From Nitrosopumilaceae archaeon (GTDB lineage Archaea > Thermoproteota > Nitrososphaeria > Nitrososphaerales > Nitrosopumilaceae): a stretch of DNA of 64,000 bases. The notes beneath the pieces were generated by a model. It was not told where the DNA came from. It made no database searches and worked only from the letters and a program-made list of their open reading frames with translations. Positions 53,197 through 62,857 of the stretch are shown here, piece after piece. The stretch spans positions 1,568,001 to 1,632,000 of the forward strand of contig OZ242365.1 of the NCBI GenBank assembly GCA_965208905.1. The letters run 5' to 3'. The position numbers were made by a program, and so were the translations under genes. Position 1 is the first letter of the stretch, and each line of letters begins with the position of its first letter.

Positions 53197-53464
53197 CACA
53201 CCATATATTGCATGATTGTGTTAAAGACGCATTGTGGGATTAACGATGCCCATGCGCGTACAACCGGCCTTACCGGCCAACCAATAATATGGATGCGCTC
53301 GTACAATCTAGCATTCTGCACAACCTCCTCACACTCTTACTAACAGATACAGTAATGTGGACTATTGGATCACTTGCAATTCTCTTTGGGGCGACAATAA
53401 TAATCACTGTTGTGATAACCAGTGTTGGATATGAGTTATATTTTGCAAGTTCACAAGTTGTTAT

Positions 53465-56161
53465 ATGGGTTTGGATATACCAAACACTGAGAAATATCGT
53501 GTAAAGGCAGCCAGATTTGTGGAGCGCTGGCGCGGTGAGACATATGAGCGAGGTGAATCACAGACGTTCTGGAATGAGTTCTTTGATATATTCAGTAAGG
53601 ACAGACGTCTGGTGGCCCTCTTTGAGAGACGGGCCCGCCGATTAAAGGGACGTGGTTTTGTGGATTTGTTCTGGCCGGGTAAACTAATTGTAGAACAAAA
53701 AAGTGCTGGCCGTTCCATACAGGATGCCATGAAGCAGGCAGAGGAGTATACCATCAAACTACCTGAAAATGAGATACCGCGATATCTGCTAGCGTGTGAC
53801 TTTGCCAACTTTTTACTAGGAGACCTTGAGGATGATACAGAGGAAGAGTTTACCTTAGAGGAGTTACCAGACAAACTACACCTATTTGGATTCATGACTG
53901 ATGATGCAAGGAGTGGTCCTGATGTTGACCCTGTAAACCAAAAAGCTACCGGTATAATGGGTAAGATATACGATGGGTTGGTGCGAAACAACTACCCCAT
54001 ACAAGACAGTGGGAAGATGCTAACACGGCTCGCATTCTGCATGTTTGCCGATGATGCAGGCATATTCGAGCATGGTACATTCAGACGATTGTTTGGAAAG
54101 TATGATGTGGAGTCTACGGGTGGAGCCATTACGCATATGTTTGAGATATTGAATACGCCCAAGGAGAAGCGCCAACATACACTACGTGATGAGTTGGCCG
54201 CATTTCCACACGTAAACGGTGACCTGTTCGCTGAAAACATAACATCTGTTAGTCTAGACATGGAGTTAAGAAAATTTTTACTTGAGGCCGATGGTTATGA
54301 ATGGTCCAATGTAAACCCGGCCATATTTGGCGGGATGTTCCAGTCGGTGATGGACGCTGGTGAGCGGCGCCATATGGGAGCACATTATACGACTGAAGAG
54401 AACATACTGAAGGTGATCAACCCCTTGTTCATGGATGAGTTGAGGTCTCAATTCGAGAAGATTAATTCAGAGAATGTTAACCAACGCGCACGACTTGAGG
54501 AGTTTCAGGAACATTTAGCATCACTAAAATTCTTTGATCCAGCCTGTGGAAGTGGCAACTTCCTGTCAATCGCGTACAGAGAGTTGCGCAAATTGGAGTT
54601 GAAGGTTATTGAACTATTGCATGATAAGAGGGTAAAGCGGCTTGATGTCACAGGACTATCAAAGGTTGACGTTCACCAGTTCTACGGAATTGAGATAATG
54701 CCATTCTCAGCCCAAATTGCCGAGATCTCACTTTGGATGACCGACCATCTAATGAATAAGGAGTTGGGTAGAATGTATGGGATAGCATACGCCCGCATAC
54801 CGCTCAAAAAATCGCCCAACATAGTATGTAATGATGCACTGGAGATGGACTGGAATGACATACTACCTGCACATGAATGCAATTACATTCTAGGCAATCC
54901 TCCATATGAGGGCTCCAAAGTCATGACTTCACAACAGCGTGAGCAGGTCCGGCGGATAGCCAACCTAGGCAGGTCCGGCGGCACTTTAGACTATGTGGCT
55001 GCATGGTGTATAAAGGCGGCCCGGTATACACAGGACAATCGTCATACACGTATCGGATTTGTCGCAACTAATTCAATAACGCAGGGGGAACAGGTAGGGC
55101 AACTTTGGCCTACACTATACAGTATGGGTCTAGACATTGAGTTCGCTTACAAATCATTCAAGTGGGATAGTGAGGCGCCCGGTATGGCTCATGTACATGT
55201 GGTGATAATCGGACTCGGAAGAGATGTGAGATGTCGTAGACTATTCCATACTGGTGAATATGAGCATATAGATGACAGTCCGCCAAGGATATCGCCATAT
55301 TTGTTGGGCGCCAACCGGGTGCGTGTAGTGCATGAGTCATACAAACCACTGAATGGTTTGTCGGACATGAGGATGGGTTCCAAGCCGATCGACGGTGGCC
55401 ATTACATATTTACCGATACCGAAAGGGAAATGTTTCTTCAAACAGAACCCAAAGCCAATCAATTGATAAGGCAGTATGTGGATGCTCGGGGATTTCTTCA
55501 CGGCAAACGCCGTTGGATATTGGCGCTACAAGAGGCTGAGCCAAACGTACTGAGAATGCTACCACGCGTAACAGAACGAATAAACCTAGTGAAGGCGCAT
55601 AGACTAGCAAGTAAGGCTCCATCTACAAGGGATTTGGCTGGTACACCAACATTATACCACCTTAACGTGTTACCGGAGAAACCTTTTCTGGCTATCCCGG
55701 AAGTGAGTTCGGAGAAACGCAAGTATGTGCCCATTGGGTATATCGAGCCTCCAGCAATACCGAGCAATCGCCTCATGGTTGTGTTAGATGCAAGTCTTGG
55801 ACTCTTTGGACTGCTTACATCCAAGATGCATATGACTTGGCTGAATTATGTAGGTGGTCGGTTGGAGACGAGATATACGTATTCAAAAGGCGTAGTGTAT
55901 AACACATTTCCCGTCCCGGACTCACCACTGAATGTCTTGGAGCCTTATGCTCAGGCAGTACTAGATGCACGTGCTGCACACCCAAAATCCACTCTGGCAG
56001 ACCTGTATGATCCTGATATAATGCCGCCGGATTTGTTCAAGGCGCATCGTAGACTTGATAAACATGTTGACAGATTATACCGGAAGGAACCATTCAGGTC
56101 TGATGATGGACGGATGGAGTTCCTATTGGCGCGGTACGAGGACATGATTCATGCTTCATGA
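53465..56161 (+). CDS. MmeI-like type IIL restriction-modification enzyme
   Basis: ESQTFWNEFF, VDLFWPG...EQKS, GAHYT, DPACGSGNFL, GNPPY, TLADLYDP. Confidence 0.92.
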   Translation: MGLDIPNTEKYRVKAARFVERWRGETYERGESQTFWNEFFDIFSKDRRLVALFERRARRLKGRGFVDLFWPGKLIVEQKSAGRSIQDAMKQAEEYTIKLPENEIPRYLLACDFANFLLGDLEDDTEEEFTLEELPDKLHLFGFMTDDARSGPDVDPVNQKATGIMGKIYDGLVRNNYPIQDSGKMLTRLAFCMFADDAGIFEHGTFRRLFGKYDVESTGGAITHMFEILNTPKEKRQHTLRDELAAFPHVNGDLFAENITSVSLDMELRKFLLEADGYEWSNVNPAIFGGMFQSVMDAGERRHMGAHYTTEENILKVINPLFMDELRSQFEKINSENVNQRARLEEFQEHLASLKFFDPACGSGNFLSIAYRELRKLELKVIELLHDKRVKRLDVTGLSKVDVHQFYGIEIMPFSAQIAEISLWMTDHLMNKELGRMYGIAYARIPLKKSPNIVCNDALEMDWNDILPAHECNYILGNPPYEGSKVMTSQQREQVRRIANLGRSGGTLDYVAAWCIKAARYTQDNRHTRIGFVATNSITQGEQVGQLWPTLYSMGLDIEFAYKSFKWDSEAPGMAHVHVVIIGLGRDVRCRRLFHTGEYEHIDDSPPRISPYLLGANRVRVVHESYKPLNGLSDMRMGSKPIDGGHYIFTDTEREMFLQTEPKANQLIRQYVDARGFLHGKRRWILALQEAEPNVLRMLPRVTERINLVKAHRLASKAPSTRDLAGTPTLYHLNVLPEKPFLAIPEVSSEKRKYVPIGYIEPPAIPSNRLMVVLDASLGLFGLLTSKMHMTWLNYVGGRLETRYTYSKGVVYNTFPVPDSPLNVLEPYAQAVLDARAAHPKSTLADLYDPDIMPPDLFKAHRRLDKHVDRLYRKEPFRSDDGRMEFLLARYEDMIHAS

Positions 56162-56630
56162 TATCCTAGTACCTGTCATAGTCGGCCTAGGTGGAGGTAT
56201 ACTAGGTGGTGTGATCGGTGTTCTTGGTAGTATGCGTCTGGCCCAGAAACAAACACAAAGACAGAAGGCTGAAGAGCGTCGAAAACGCATCCAAGACCAG
56301 TTGGTGACATACGACACGTTGTGGCGGTTCCTAAAGGAGCGCAACAGTAGGTGGCAGTCACATCCTGCATCCACTAAAATAAAGCAGTATACACATTGGT
56401 TTACGCTGGACTCCTACGAATGGCTGCGTAAGCACTTTGAGCAATCAGGTAATTTGCTGACGAGTGAGACATTCTCCATATATCTTGATTTGTTAAAGAA
56501 GGACACATTGGGCATGTCTGCGTTGGCAAGTGGTAAGCCAAACCCATTCATCATGGCAAACTACATGAAACTACAAGATGATGCAGAACAGATGTGCGCC
56601 AACCTAAAAAAGACATTGGATAATTTTTGA
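56151..56630 (+). CDS. Membrane-anchored hypothetical protein
   Basis: Gly-rich TM helix followed by a helical domain. Confidence 0.65.
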   Translation: MLHDILVPVIVGLGGGILGGVIGVLGSMRLAQKQTQRQKAEERRKRIQDQLVTYDTLWRFLKERNSRWQSHPASTKIKQYTHWFTLDSYEWLRKHFEQSGNLLTSETFSIYLDLLKKDTLGMSALASGKPNPFIMANYMKLQDDAEQMCANLKKTLDNF

Positions 56631-56660
56631 GTGGTGGGGCATATTTACAATCCCCGCCAC
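56631..56660. terminator. Hairpin filling the gap between convergent genes
   Basis: GTGGTGGGG-N12-CCCCGCCAC. Confidence 0.45.
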
Positions 56661-56661
56661 A

Positions 56662-59286
56662 CTATCGCACATCTATACTGAACGTCTTGAAGATAAACTG
56701 CGCAACAACACTCTCAAACTCCGTACTGGTGCATAATGGTGTGAAAGTGCCGGTTACACTTTGTATTGAAAGACGCACCTCAACAGGTATGTGCTCGCCC
56801 TGATGCGCCGGCACGGCAATAGTCCTTACCGTATAGCCTGAATCATCCGGCATACTGACGAACCTCCCGTAGCACCTATCGCTATATTTGGCGTACTCTT
56901 CCTGCTGCACATCATACGTATCAACCGTCCAACTGCCAAGACTGGTAACGGACTGGCCTACCCACACCTCACCGGTTGCGGTGAGTGTCCCATTATACCA
57001 TTTGCTGATGTTTCCCGTCCAGCCGGTATTATCCCCCATACCCAGAGCGGCAACCGACACGCCAATACTGGTAGTTATGTCCAGAGACAGCACGCCATCA
57101 CGCGGGGACTGCACCCCTCCCCTATACACGTATGTGCCCACGGACCCCGCATTAAATCCCCTATCCAGGGGCGCAACACCCTCCCCACCACCAAGTGATA
57201 AATATGAACTGCCAAACGGCAGGCCGTACAGCAAATACTGCGACTCCAGGATGTTGGGGGCTATCACCGTGCACAGATATGGGCGGTTTCCCAGTATCGG
57301 CACGTGTATGCTGTCACCGGCAACATAATCTCCATCCAGATAGTCCAAGTATGTGCGGCTGGCCTTGTATGCATTCTGCATTAGCATATTATGTTCAATG
57401 CCGCCTGTCGTGTTTGGGGCAAACAACAAAACCCCCAACATGTCTAGATCATACCCACCTGAACCATACGCTTCAAGTACTACACCCCTCAAATCCCCAG
57501 CCGTCACTGTTGACTCCGTGGGGCCGCACGGCAGGCTGGATAGATACGTACCGGATATACGGGTCGGTTTTACGACTGGTATTGTAGCATACATGTCTAC
57601 AATGACAAAACCATCTCTTGGCAACTCCACACCGTACAACTCCCAGAATGGATTCTTCTCTATGGCCATCCACGGTTCTATGTACGGCATGGGCAGATGC
57701 GTACCATCCCAGAATTTGAACATACCTATGTCGGTGCGCAGCATCTTGTGGTTCCGTATATCGTATATTTCAGACGACATGAGATTGCTTCTGTCTGATG
57801 CGCCGAGCAGTCTGAATTTGTCGGCAGCCGAATAATTAAACCCGTAGAAGTGTGGCTCAAACGGATCAAACGATGCAGAAGAGGGAGCCCACATAAAGTT
57901 AGTTCTGTTGGAATCGACAAACCTCACCTTGTAAGGCTTCCAATCAGTGGACGTATCATCATACAGGAACCCATGATATATCGGGTCGCCCGTATTGCTG
58001 TGCGCAATCCACCTGGTAGTTGTGTTTGTCATTTGGTTTATTTCATTTCGTACGGTCTGCATCTCGCGCAGTACGGGATGGTCTGCCGGTATCTCGCCCC
58101 TGCCGGGTATTATGAGCAGGTGTCGGTCGGCATTGTGTATTACGGCGGGCTTGTTTGCACGGTTGTAGATGCCGCCGTCAAACGCATGGCAGCACTCAGT
58201 GGCCCCACTGAGACGAACCTGCAGCTTGGCATCCACACCGGGGCTCGTAACTACTATCGCGCTGTTTTGTTCGGCGCTGTATATGGCATTCCAGCCCGGG
58301 TATAATGGCTGCCATGCCCTGGACTGGACGGCGCCAGTCTGCAGAGGGTCGGCGCCGCCACCCGTGCAGGCACCCACTATACTGTTGCCCGATATGGCCA
58401 GGTTGGGTGTGCAACCCCCGCCGTCCTGCCAGTATCCTATGTAATCACTCCGCGCGTTGGGCAGTGTGGAGTGCGACTCATGTATGCTGTCCCATGCAAG
58501 TCCTGTTAGGTTGCCCGCACGAAACACGTATGGTACGGCGGGTGTTACCGCCCAGGAACTGGTATGCCTGTACCCCAGAGTCTCAAAACTTCTCAGGGGC
58601 TCCACGTATGTGGCATGTGATGTATCGCGGCATTCGGGGCATGTAAACATAACCTCAAGCGTTGAGGTACTATTCGGCAGTCTCATGTGTATTATGGTGC
58701 GGCCATCAACAGGGAGATCCAACACGTGTCCGTACTGTGTGGTATTGGCGATGTACAGTGTGCTGTTTCGGAAGTTGTCCACACACCTTGTGCCGCCTAG
58801 ATGATTGCAGCTTCCCAGTATGTCTATTGAGGGGTGGGGGCCAACACGTGCAGTGGCCATATACGGCACGACGCCATGCCTTGCAATTTCGCCGACCGGC
58901 ATGTTTGCGTATAGATACTGTGATGCGCCGCCCCACTCGCTTATTATATCCGCCCGCATGTATGTTCGGGTTTTGTCATATGGCGGTAGTGGGTTTACGG
59001 TACCGGCCTCATCAAAATGTATTGTGGGCCCGGTGGTGGACGTCCTGCCGGCTGCCACTGCAATCATGGAATCCAGCGGCTCCATGTTCAGAAACGGCGC
59101 TGAATCGAATCCGGGCGGCCGCTCCGGGGGCGGTCCTATTATTGGGTATACGTTGCCCAAATCCGTAACAACCCAGAACTGTGTTATGTTCTGCGCCGTT
59201 TGTCCAAAGACGGCCGGCAGTATGCCGGCAGACAGTATTATTGCCATAACGCCAGCATACATGATGATGAAGGACCAACCTGCCAT
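56662..59286 (-). CDS. Large secreted protein, paralog family X
   Basis: Signal peptide; FWVVTDLGNVYPI, DYLDGDY, IHVPIL. Confidence 0.8.
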   Translation of the reverse strand: MAGWSFIIMYAGVMAIILSAGILPAVFGQTAQNITQFWVVTDLGNVYPIIGPPPERPPGFDSAPFLNMEPLDSMIAVAAGRTSTTGPTIHFDEAGTVNPLPPYDKTRTYMRADIISEWGGASQYLYANMPVGEIARHGVVPYMATARVGPHPSIDILGSCNHLGGTRCVDNFRNSTLYIANTTQYGHVLDLPVDGRTIIHMRLPNSTSTLEVMFTCPECRDTSHATYVEPLRSFETLGYRHTSSWAVTPAVPYVFRAGNLTGLAWDSIHESHSTLPNARSDYIGYWQDGGGCTPNLAISGNSIVGACTGGGADPLQTGAVQSRAWQPLYPGWNAIYSAEQNSAIVVTSPGVDAKLQVRLSGATECCHAFDGGIYNRANKPAVIHNADRHLLIIPGRGEIPADHPVLREMQTVRNEINQMTNTTTRWIAHSNTGDPIYHGFLYDDTSTDWKPYKVRFVDSNRTNFMWAPSSASFDPFEPHFYGFNYSAADKFRLLGASDRSNLMSSEIYDIRNHKMLRTDIGMFKFWDGTHLPMPYIEPWMAIEKNPFWELYGVELPRDGFVIVDMYATIPVVKPTRISGTYLSSLPCGPTESTVTAGDLRGVVLEAYGSGGYDLDMLGVLLFAPNTTGGIEHNMLMQNAYKASRTYLDYLDGDYVAGDSIHVPILGNRPYLCTVIAPNILESQYLLYGLPFGSSYLSLGGGEGVAPLDRGFNAGSVGTYVYRGGVQSPRDGVLSLDITTSIGVSVAALGMGDNTGWTGNISKWYNGTLTATGEVWVGQSVTSLGSWTVDTYDVQQEEYAKYSDRCYGRFVSMPDDSGYTVRTIAVPAHQGEHIPVEVRLSIQSVTGTFTPLCTSTEFESVVAQFIFKTFSIDVR

Positions 59287-59307
59287 GCTATTATTATACG
59301 GCGGAGA

Positions 59308-59321
59308 CGTTTTTGGATTAT
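59308..59321 (-). promoter_or_regulatory. Class II promoter motif
   Basis: ATAATC-CAAAAA-CG, with CG at -23/-22 of ATG 59286. Confidence 0.65.
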
Positions 59322-59400
59322 AGTCAGGGTGATGGCAAACCAGTGTACAAACTGGAATTCAGGTGCTACGCCCAGGCGGTCATCCGTGGCAGGAAAAACG

Positions 59401-59622
59401 TCAAGATTCGTTGAAAGTACTAGAATTTGAGAGAAGGTTCATCAATTCTTCTTTTTCAACTGGATCGGTGATTTCACCAGTTATCTCATAGCAGGGCTTC
59501 TGGGTCAGGCTCTGGCTTACTAGTTCAGCAGTGGTTATATCATACTCGGCGCAGATTGTATCCCAGTCCACATAGTGTACCTTGCGCTCAGTAGGAATTG
59601 GGCTTTCTTTGTCTTCTGTCAC
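59401..59622 (-). CDS. Small acidic hypothetical protein
   Basis: GTG 59622 is 29 nt after CCTTAAA. Confidence 0.5.
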   Translation of the reverse strand: MTEDKESPIPTERKVHYVDWDTICAEYDITTAELVSQSLTQKPCYEITGEITDPVEKEELMNLLSNSSTFNES

Positions 59623-59680
59623 AGTTATAGAGAAGCCGAATAGATATTTAAGGTCGGTGTTTGCATGTAACTGGTGAAGT

Positions 59681-59929
59681 GTGATGTATGAAGACCGAAT
59701 ATTACGTCTATTAGAACAAAACCCAACAACCTTATACACAGAGGAAGATATACAAGTAACACTTATTGGTAAAAATCCTTACTTATATCGTCAACATACC
59801 CCATTTGTGGTTCAGAATGAACGTGATAAACTCAGTAAGGCTTTAGAGAATTTAGTACAACAGGGCAAGATATACAAAAATGAAACTGAAGACAAAGTAT
59901 TGTATGGTGTCCAACAATGGTTCTCGTAG
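59681..59929 (+). CDS. Winged-helix DNA-binding protein (candidate origin-binding protein)
   Basis: RILRLLEQNP..YTEEDI...LSKALENLVQQGKI...LYG. Confidence 0.7.
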   Translation: MMYEDRILRLLEQNPTTLYTEEDIQVTLIGKNPYLYRQHTPFVVQNERDKLSKALENLVQQGKIYKNETEDKVLYGVQQWFS

Positions 59930-59946
59930 TTTGACACAAGGCATTG

Positions 59947-60072
59947 TTGGAAAATGTGTTTTAGGTTACGCGTGTTACACCATGATACAGGTTACGTAGA
60001 TGTTACGGTTACTTGGAAAGTGTGTTTTAGGTTACCCGTGCTACACTATACATCAGGTTACGTAGATGTTAC
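59947..60072. repeat. 66-bp-period tandem duplication with nine GTTAC-type boxes (candidate origin)
   Basis: ttggaaa.tgtgttttaggttac.cgtg.tacac...caggttacgtagatgttac at 59947 and 60013. Confidence 0.8.
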
Positions 60073-60151
60073 AAAATCTATCATTAGGGTTTCACAGATT
60101 CTCCTCCCAACCCATATAGCGCCTTAAATTGTATCGTACGGTTAACCTATG

Positions 60152-60787
60152 ATGCAACTTGTGTTGGAGAAGGACTGTTTGCACCACCTCGCGGCGATGT
60201 TGGGTGAGATGGACGAGGTGGTAGTCAGCCCAAAGCGCGGTGCGCTGGTTGCGTATGATATGGCCAGAACGCGGCGCATCTCGTATATCATACCGGAGAG
60301 TGATGAGGATGACACTGGCCTGCAGGGTATTATATTCGCCAAGATAGCAAAGCGGATACGCGATACATGTGATGTAAGCATTACACGGGATGGATGTATT
60401 CTACGGTCGGGCAGCACAACATACAAAATACGCCCGTTTATGGCGTCCGAATATCTGCCTACACCGGCTGCGGATCACACAGGCCAGGTTACGGTACGGG
60501 CAGAGGATGTGAAGGAGGCCCTCAAGGACATCCAAATATCAGGCTCAGGCGCCGTCGTAATATCAATACATGATAATATGGTGCGGTTTAGCGGCGTGGG
60601 GGCATTCGACGCGGAAATAGAGATACAGTCCACACATCATACGGGCATGGGATATTCCCGCCTGGACTGCGAGTTGCTGATGCTGTGCGCGCAGCACATG
60701 TACGGGGATATCACACTGCATCTATCGCCAAAGAAACCCACGGCAATCAAGTTTGGCGGTTTCACGTACCATCAGGCGGCGATGTGA
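60152..60787 (+). CDS. pcna: Divergent PCNA-like sliding clamp
   Basis: DEVVV....LVAYDMART...; two-domain spacing; ITLHL...P...YHQAAM ending; directly upstream of MCM. Confidence 0.65.
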   Translation: MQLVLEKDCLHHLAAMLGEMDEVVVSPKRGALVAYDMARTRRISYIIPESDEDDTGLQGIIFAKIAKRIRDTCDVSITRDGCILRSGSTTYKIRPFMASEYLPTPAADHTGQVTVRAEDVKEALKDIQISGSGAVVISIHDNMVRFSGVGAFDAEIEIQSTHHTGMGYSRLDCELLMLCAQHMYGDITLHLSPKKPTAIKFGGFTYHQAAM

Positions 60788-62574
60788 TGATACCTGACAT
60801 ACACAAGACGCTCTCCGAGCGATACGTTGCCATTCCACATGCCGACCTGCCCGACGGCTTTACCGACAATCCCGAACCCGTGCTTTGGAAACTAATCGAC
60901 GAGTATAAGGAGTGTGTGTTCCGTACATCTCCCGAGCTGGTGCAGAGGCACAATGACTGGTCCGTGCGCATAGGGGTGGACGCAGACAACACCATACCCG
61001 TAAAGGATGTGGGCGTATCGCAGACAGGCAGGTATGTGCAGATACGCGGCATGGCGGCGCGCATAGGCCAGCCAACCCCGCGCGTTCTGGAGATAGCATG
61101 GGTGTGCCAGAAGTGCGAAAATGTGACGCGCAAGCCGCCGTCGGCGGGAAAGCCCGTGTGCTCGTGCGGTTCGCAGAACTTTAAGGTTGATCAGGACGGA
61201 TCAACCTTTGTTGACTCGCAGACAGTCATACTGGCCGAGAGGTTTGAGGAGATAACCGGCTCTAGGCCCCCAAGACTGCTGAGCTGCAGGCTGGACGGAA
61301 CGTTGATTCAGATACTCAACCCCGGAGATCGGTGCGTGGTGGGCGGCATACTCCGGATACTTGAGACCAAGCATGGATATGAGTATGAGTTGCAGGCCAA
61401 CAACGTCACACCATATAGGGAAAAGACGGTGGAGCCGCCACAACTGGAGGGTGACATACTTGAGAAGCTGGCAAAGTCGTTCGCGCCCCGCATATACGGC
61501 CATGAGATGCTAAAAAAGTCCATCATACTGTTGCTTGTAGGCGGCTCGGGTGCGATGGGTGGCCGCACAAACATAAACATGCTGCTTGTGGGGGATCCCG
61601 GGATTGCAAAGTCCTCACTTCTGCAGGATGCAGCGGACGTGGCGCCGCTGGGCAGATATACATCGGGACGCGGCGCGACCGCAGCGGGTTTGACGGCCGG
61701 CGTGGCGCGAGATAAGGACGGTGTGATGTATCTGGAGGCTGGAGCCGTCGTCTTGACCGATGGTGGTACTGTGTGTATTGATGAGTTTGACAAGACGGCG
61801 AAGGCAGACCGTACAGCCTTACACGAGGTCATGGAGCAGCAGACCGTCAGCATAACAAAGATTGGCACGATTGTCACACTGAAGGCTCGCGTATCCATAC
61901 TGGCGGCCGCCAACCCCAAAAAGTCTTTCTGGGACGACTCACTGTCGTTGGCTGAGAATATCAGTCTGCCCGACAGCCTCCTGACCAGGTTTGACTTGAT
62001 ATATGTCCTCCGGGACAAACGTGATGCGGATACGGACCGGAAGGTTGCGCGCCACATACTGCGCGGCGGGAGTGGGGATATTATGCAGCCTGCGGAGATT
62101 ACCGCGTATCTGGATTCGGTGCGCGGTCTTGCACCTGAGATGTCCGAGGAGGCGGCCGCGGCCCTTGAAGACTACTATACAATTGAGCGCCAAAAGTCCG
62201 TTGAGATAAGTATTACAGCGCGCCAACTGGAGGCTGCGCGCCGTCTTGCAGGTGCGCGGGCCAAAATATACCGGCGCGATGCAATAACCACAGATGACGT
62301 AAAGCATGCACTATACCTGCTGAAGAACATGATACAATACACACTGATTGATCCTGAGACTGGCAGACCCGACTACCTCAAGGCCACAACAGGGAAATCG
62401 CGCTCCGTTGTGCGCACCATAGACGAGGCGGTATCGTCTATGGGTGGGGACTTTACGGCCACTGATCTGGATGTACAGATGCCGTTTCTGGACATAGAGC
62501 GCGCTCTGGAGAAACTGCACCAGCAGGGCATACTGATGGAGTCCAAGCCGGGCATATACCGTGTGGTGCGTTAA
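60784..62574 (+). CDS. mcm: MCM replicative helicase
   Basis: Zn finger CQKC..CSC, GDPGIAKS, LEAGA, IDEFDK, EVMEQQ, TRFD, ITARQLE. Confidence 0.96.
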   Translation: MMIPDIHKTLSERYVAIPHADLPDGFTDNPEPVLWKLIDEYKECVFRTSPELVQRHNDWSVRIGVDADNTIPVKDVGVSQTGRYVQIRGMAARIGQPTPRVLEIAWVCQKCENVTRKPPSAGKPVCSCGSQNFKVDQDGSTFVDSQTVILAERFEEITGSRPPRLLSCRLDGTLIQILNPGDRCVVGGILRILETKHGYEYELQANNVTPYREKTVEPPQLEGDILEKLAKSFAPRIYGHEMLKKSIILLLVGGSGAMGGRTNINMLLVGDPGIAKSSLLQDAADVAPLGRYTSGRGATAAGLTAGVARDKDGVMYLEAGAVVLTDGGTVCIDEFDKTAKADRTALHEVMEQQTVSITKIGTIVTLKARVSILAAANPKKSFWDDSLSLAENISLPDSLLTRFDLIYVLRDKRDADTDRKVARHILRGGSGDIMQPAEITAYLDSVRGLAPEMSEEAAAALEDYYTIERQKSVEISITARQLEAARRLAGARAKIYRRDAITTDDVKHALYLLKNMIQYTLIDPETGRPDYLKATTGKSRSVVRTIDEAVSSMGGDFTATDLDVQMPFLDIERALEKLHQQGILMESKPGIYRVVR

Positions 62575-62616
62575 AGCCATGATGTGGCTTAAACGTCTTC
62601 GACCTGTATGTATTCC

Positions 62617-62826
62617 ATGAGATTTGACAATGCCGCCAAAATAGTAGCGCAGTCAACATTGATGACTGCAATAGTCCAAAGATATGGGGAGAATTGGCAG
62701 AACATTGGGTGGATACGCACGATGCTTGCCGGGTATCTCGGCGCCCTTGAGGGTACCACATCACCTGATGAGGTGCTAGACGAGATGGATGATATGGCAC
62801 GGCGTCTCGGCATGGTGGCAAACTGA
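62617..62826 (+). CDS. Small hypothetical protein
   Basis: ATG 28 nt after TTAAACG. Confidence 0.6.
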   Translation: MRFDNAAKIVAQSTLMTAIVQRYGENWQNIGWIRTMLAGYLGALEGTTSPDEVLDEMDDMARRLGMVAN

Positions 62827-62857
62827 CTCCTTAAAAGGGATGGGTATGTAATACCGC

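Noticed and set aside
59947-60072. CRISPR mini-array
   Set aside because: Whole 60-bp units are duplicated, there are no unique spacers, and no cas genes are present
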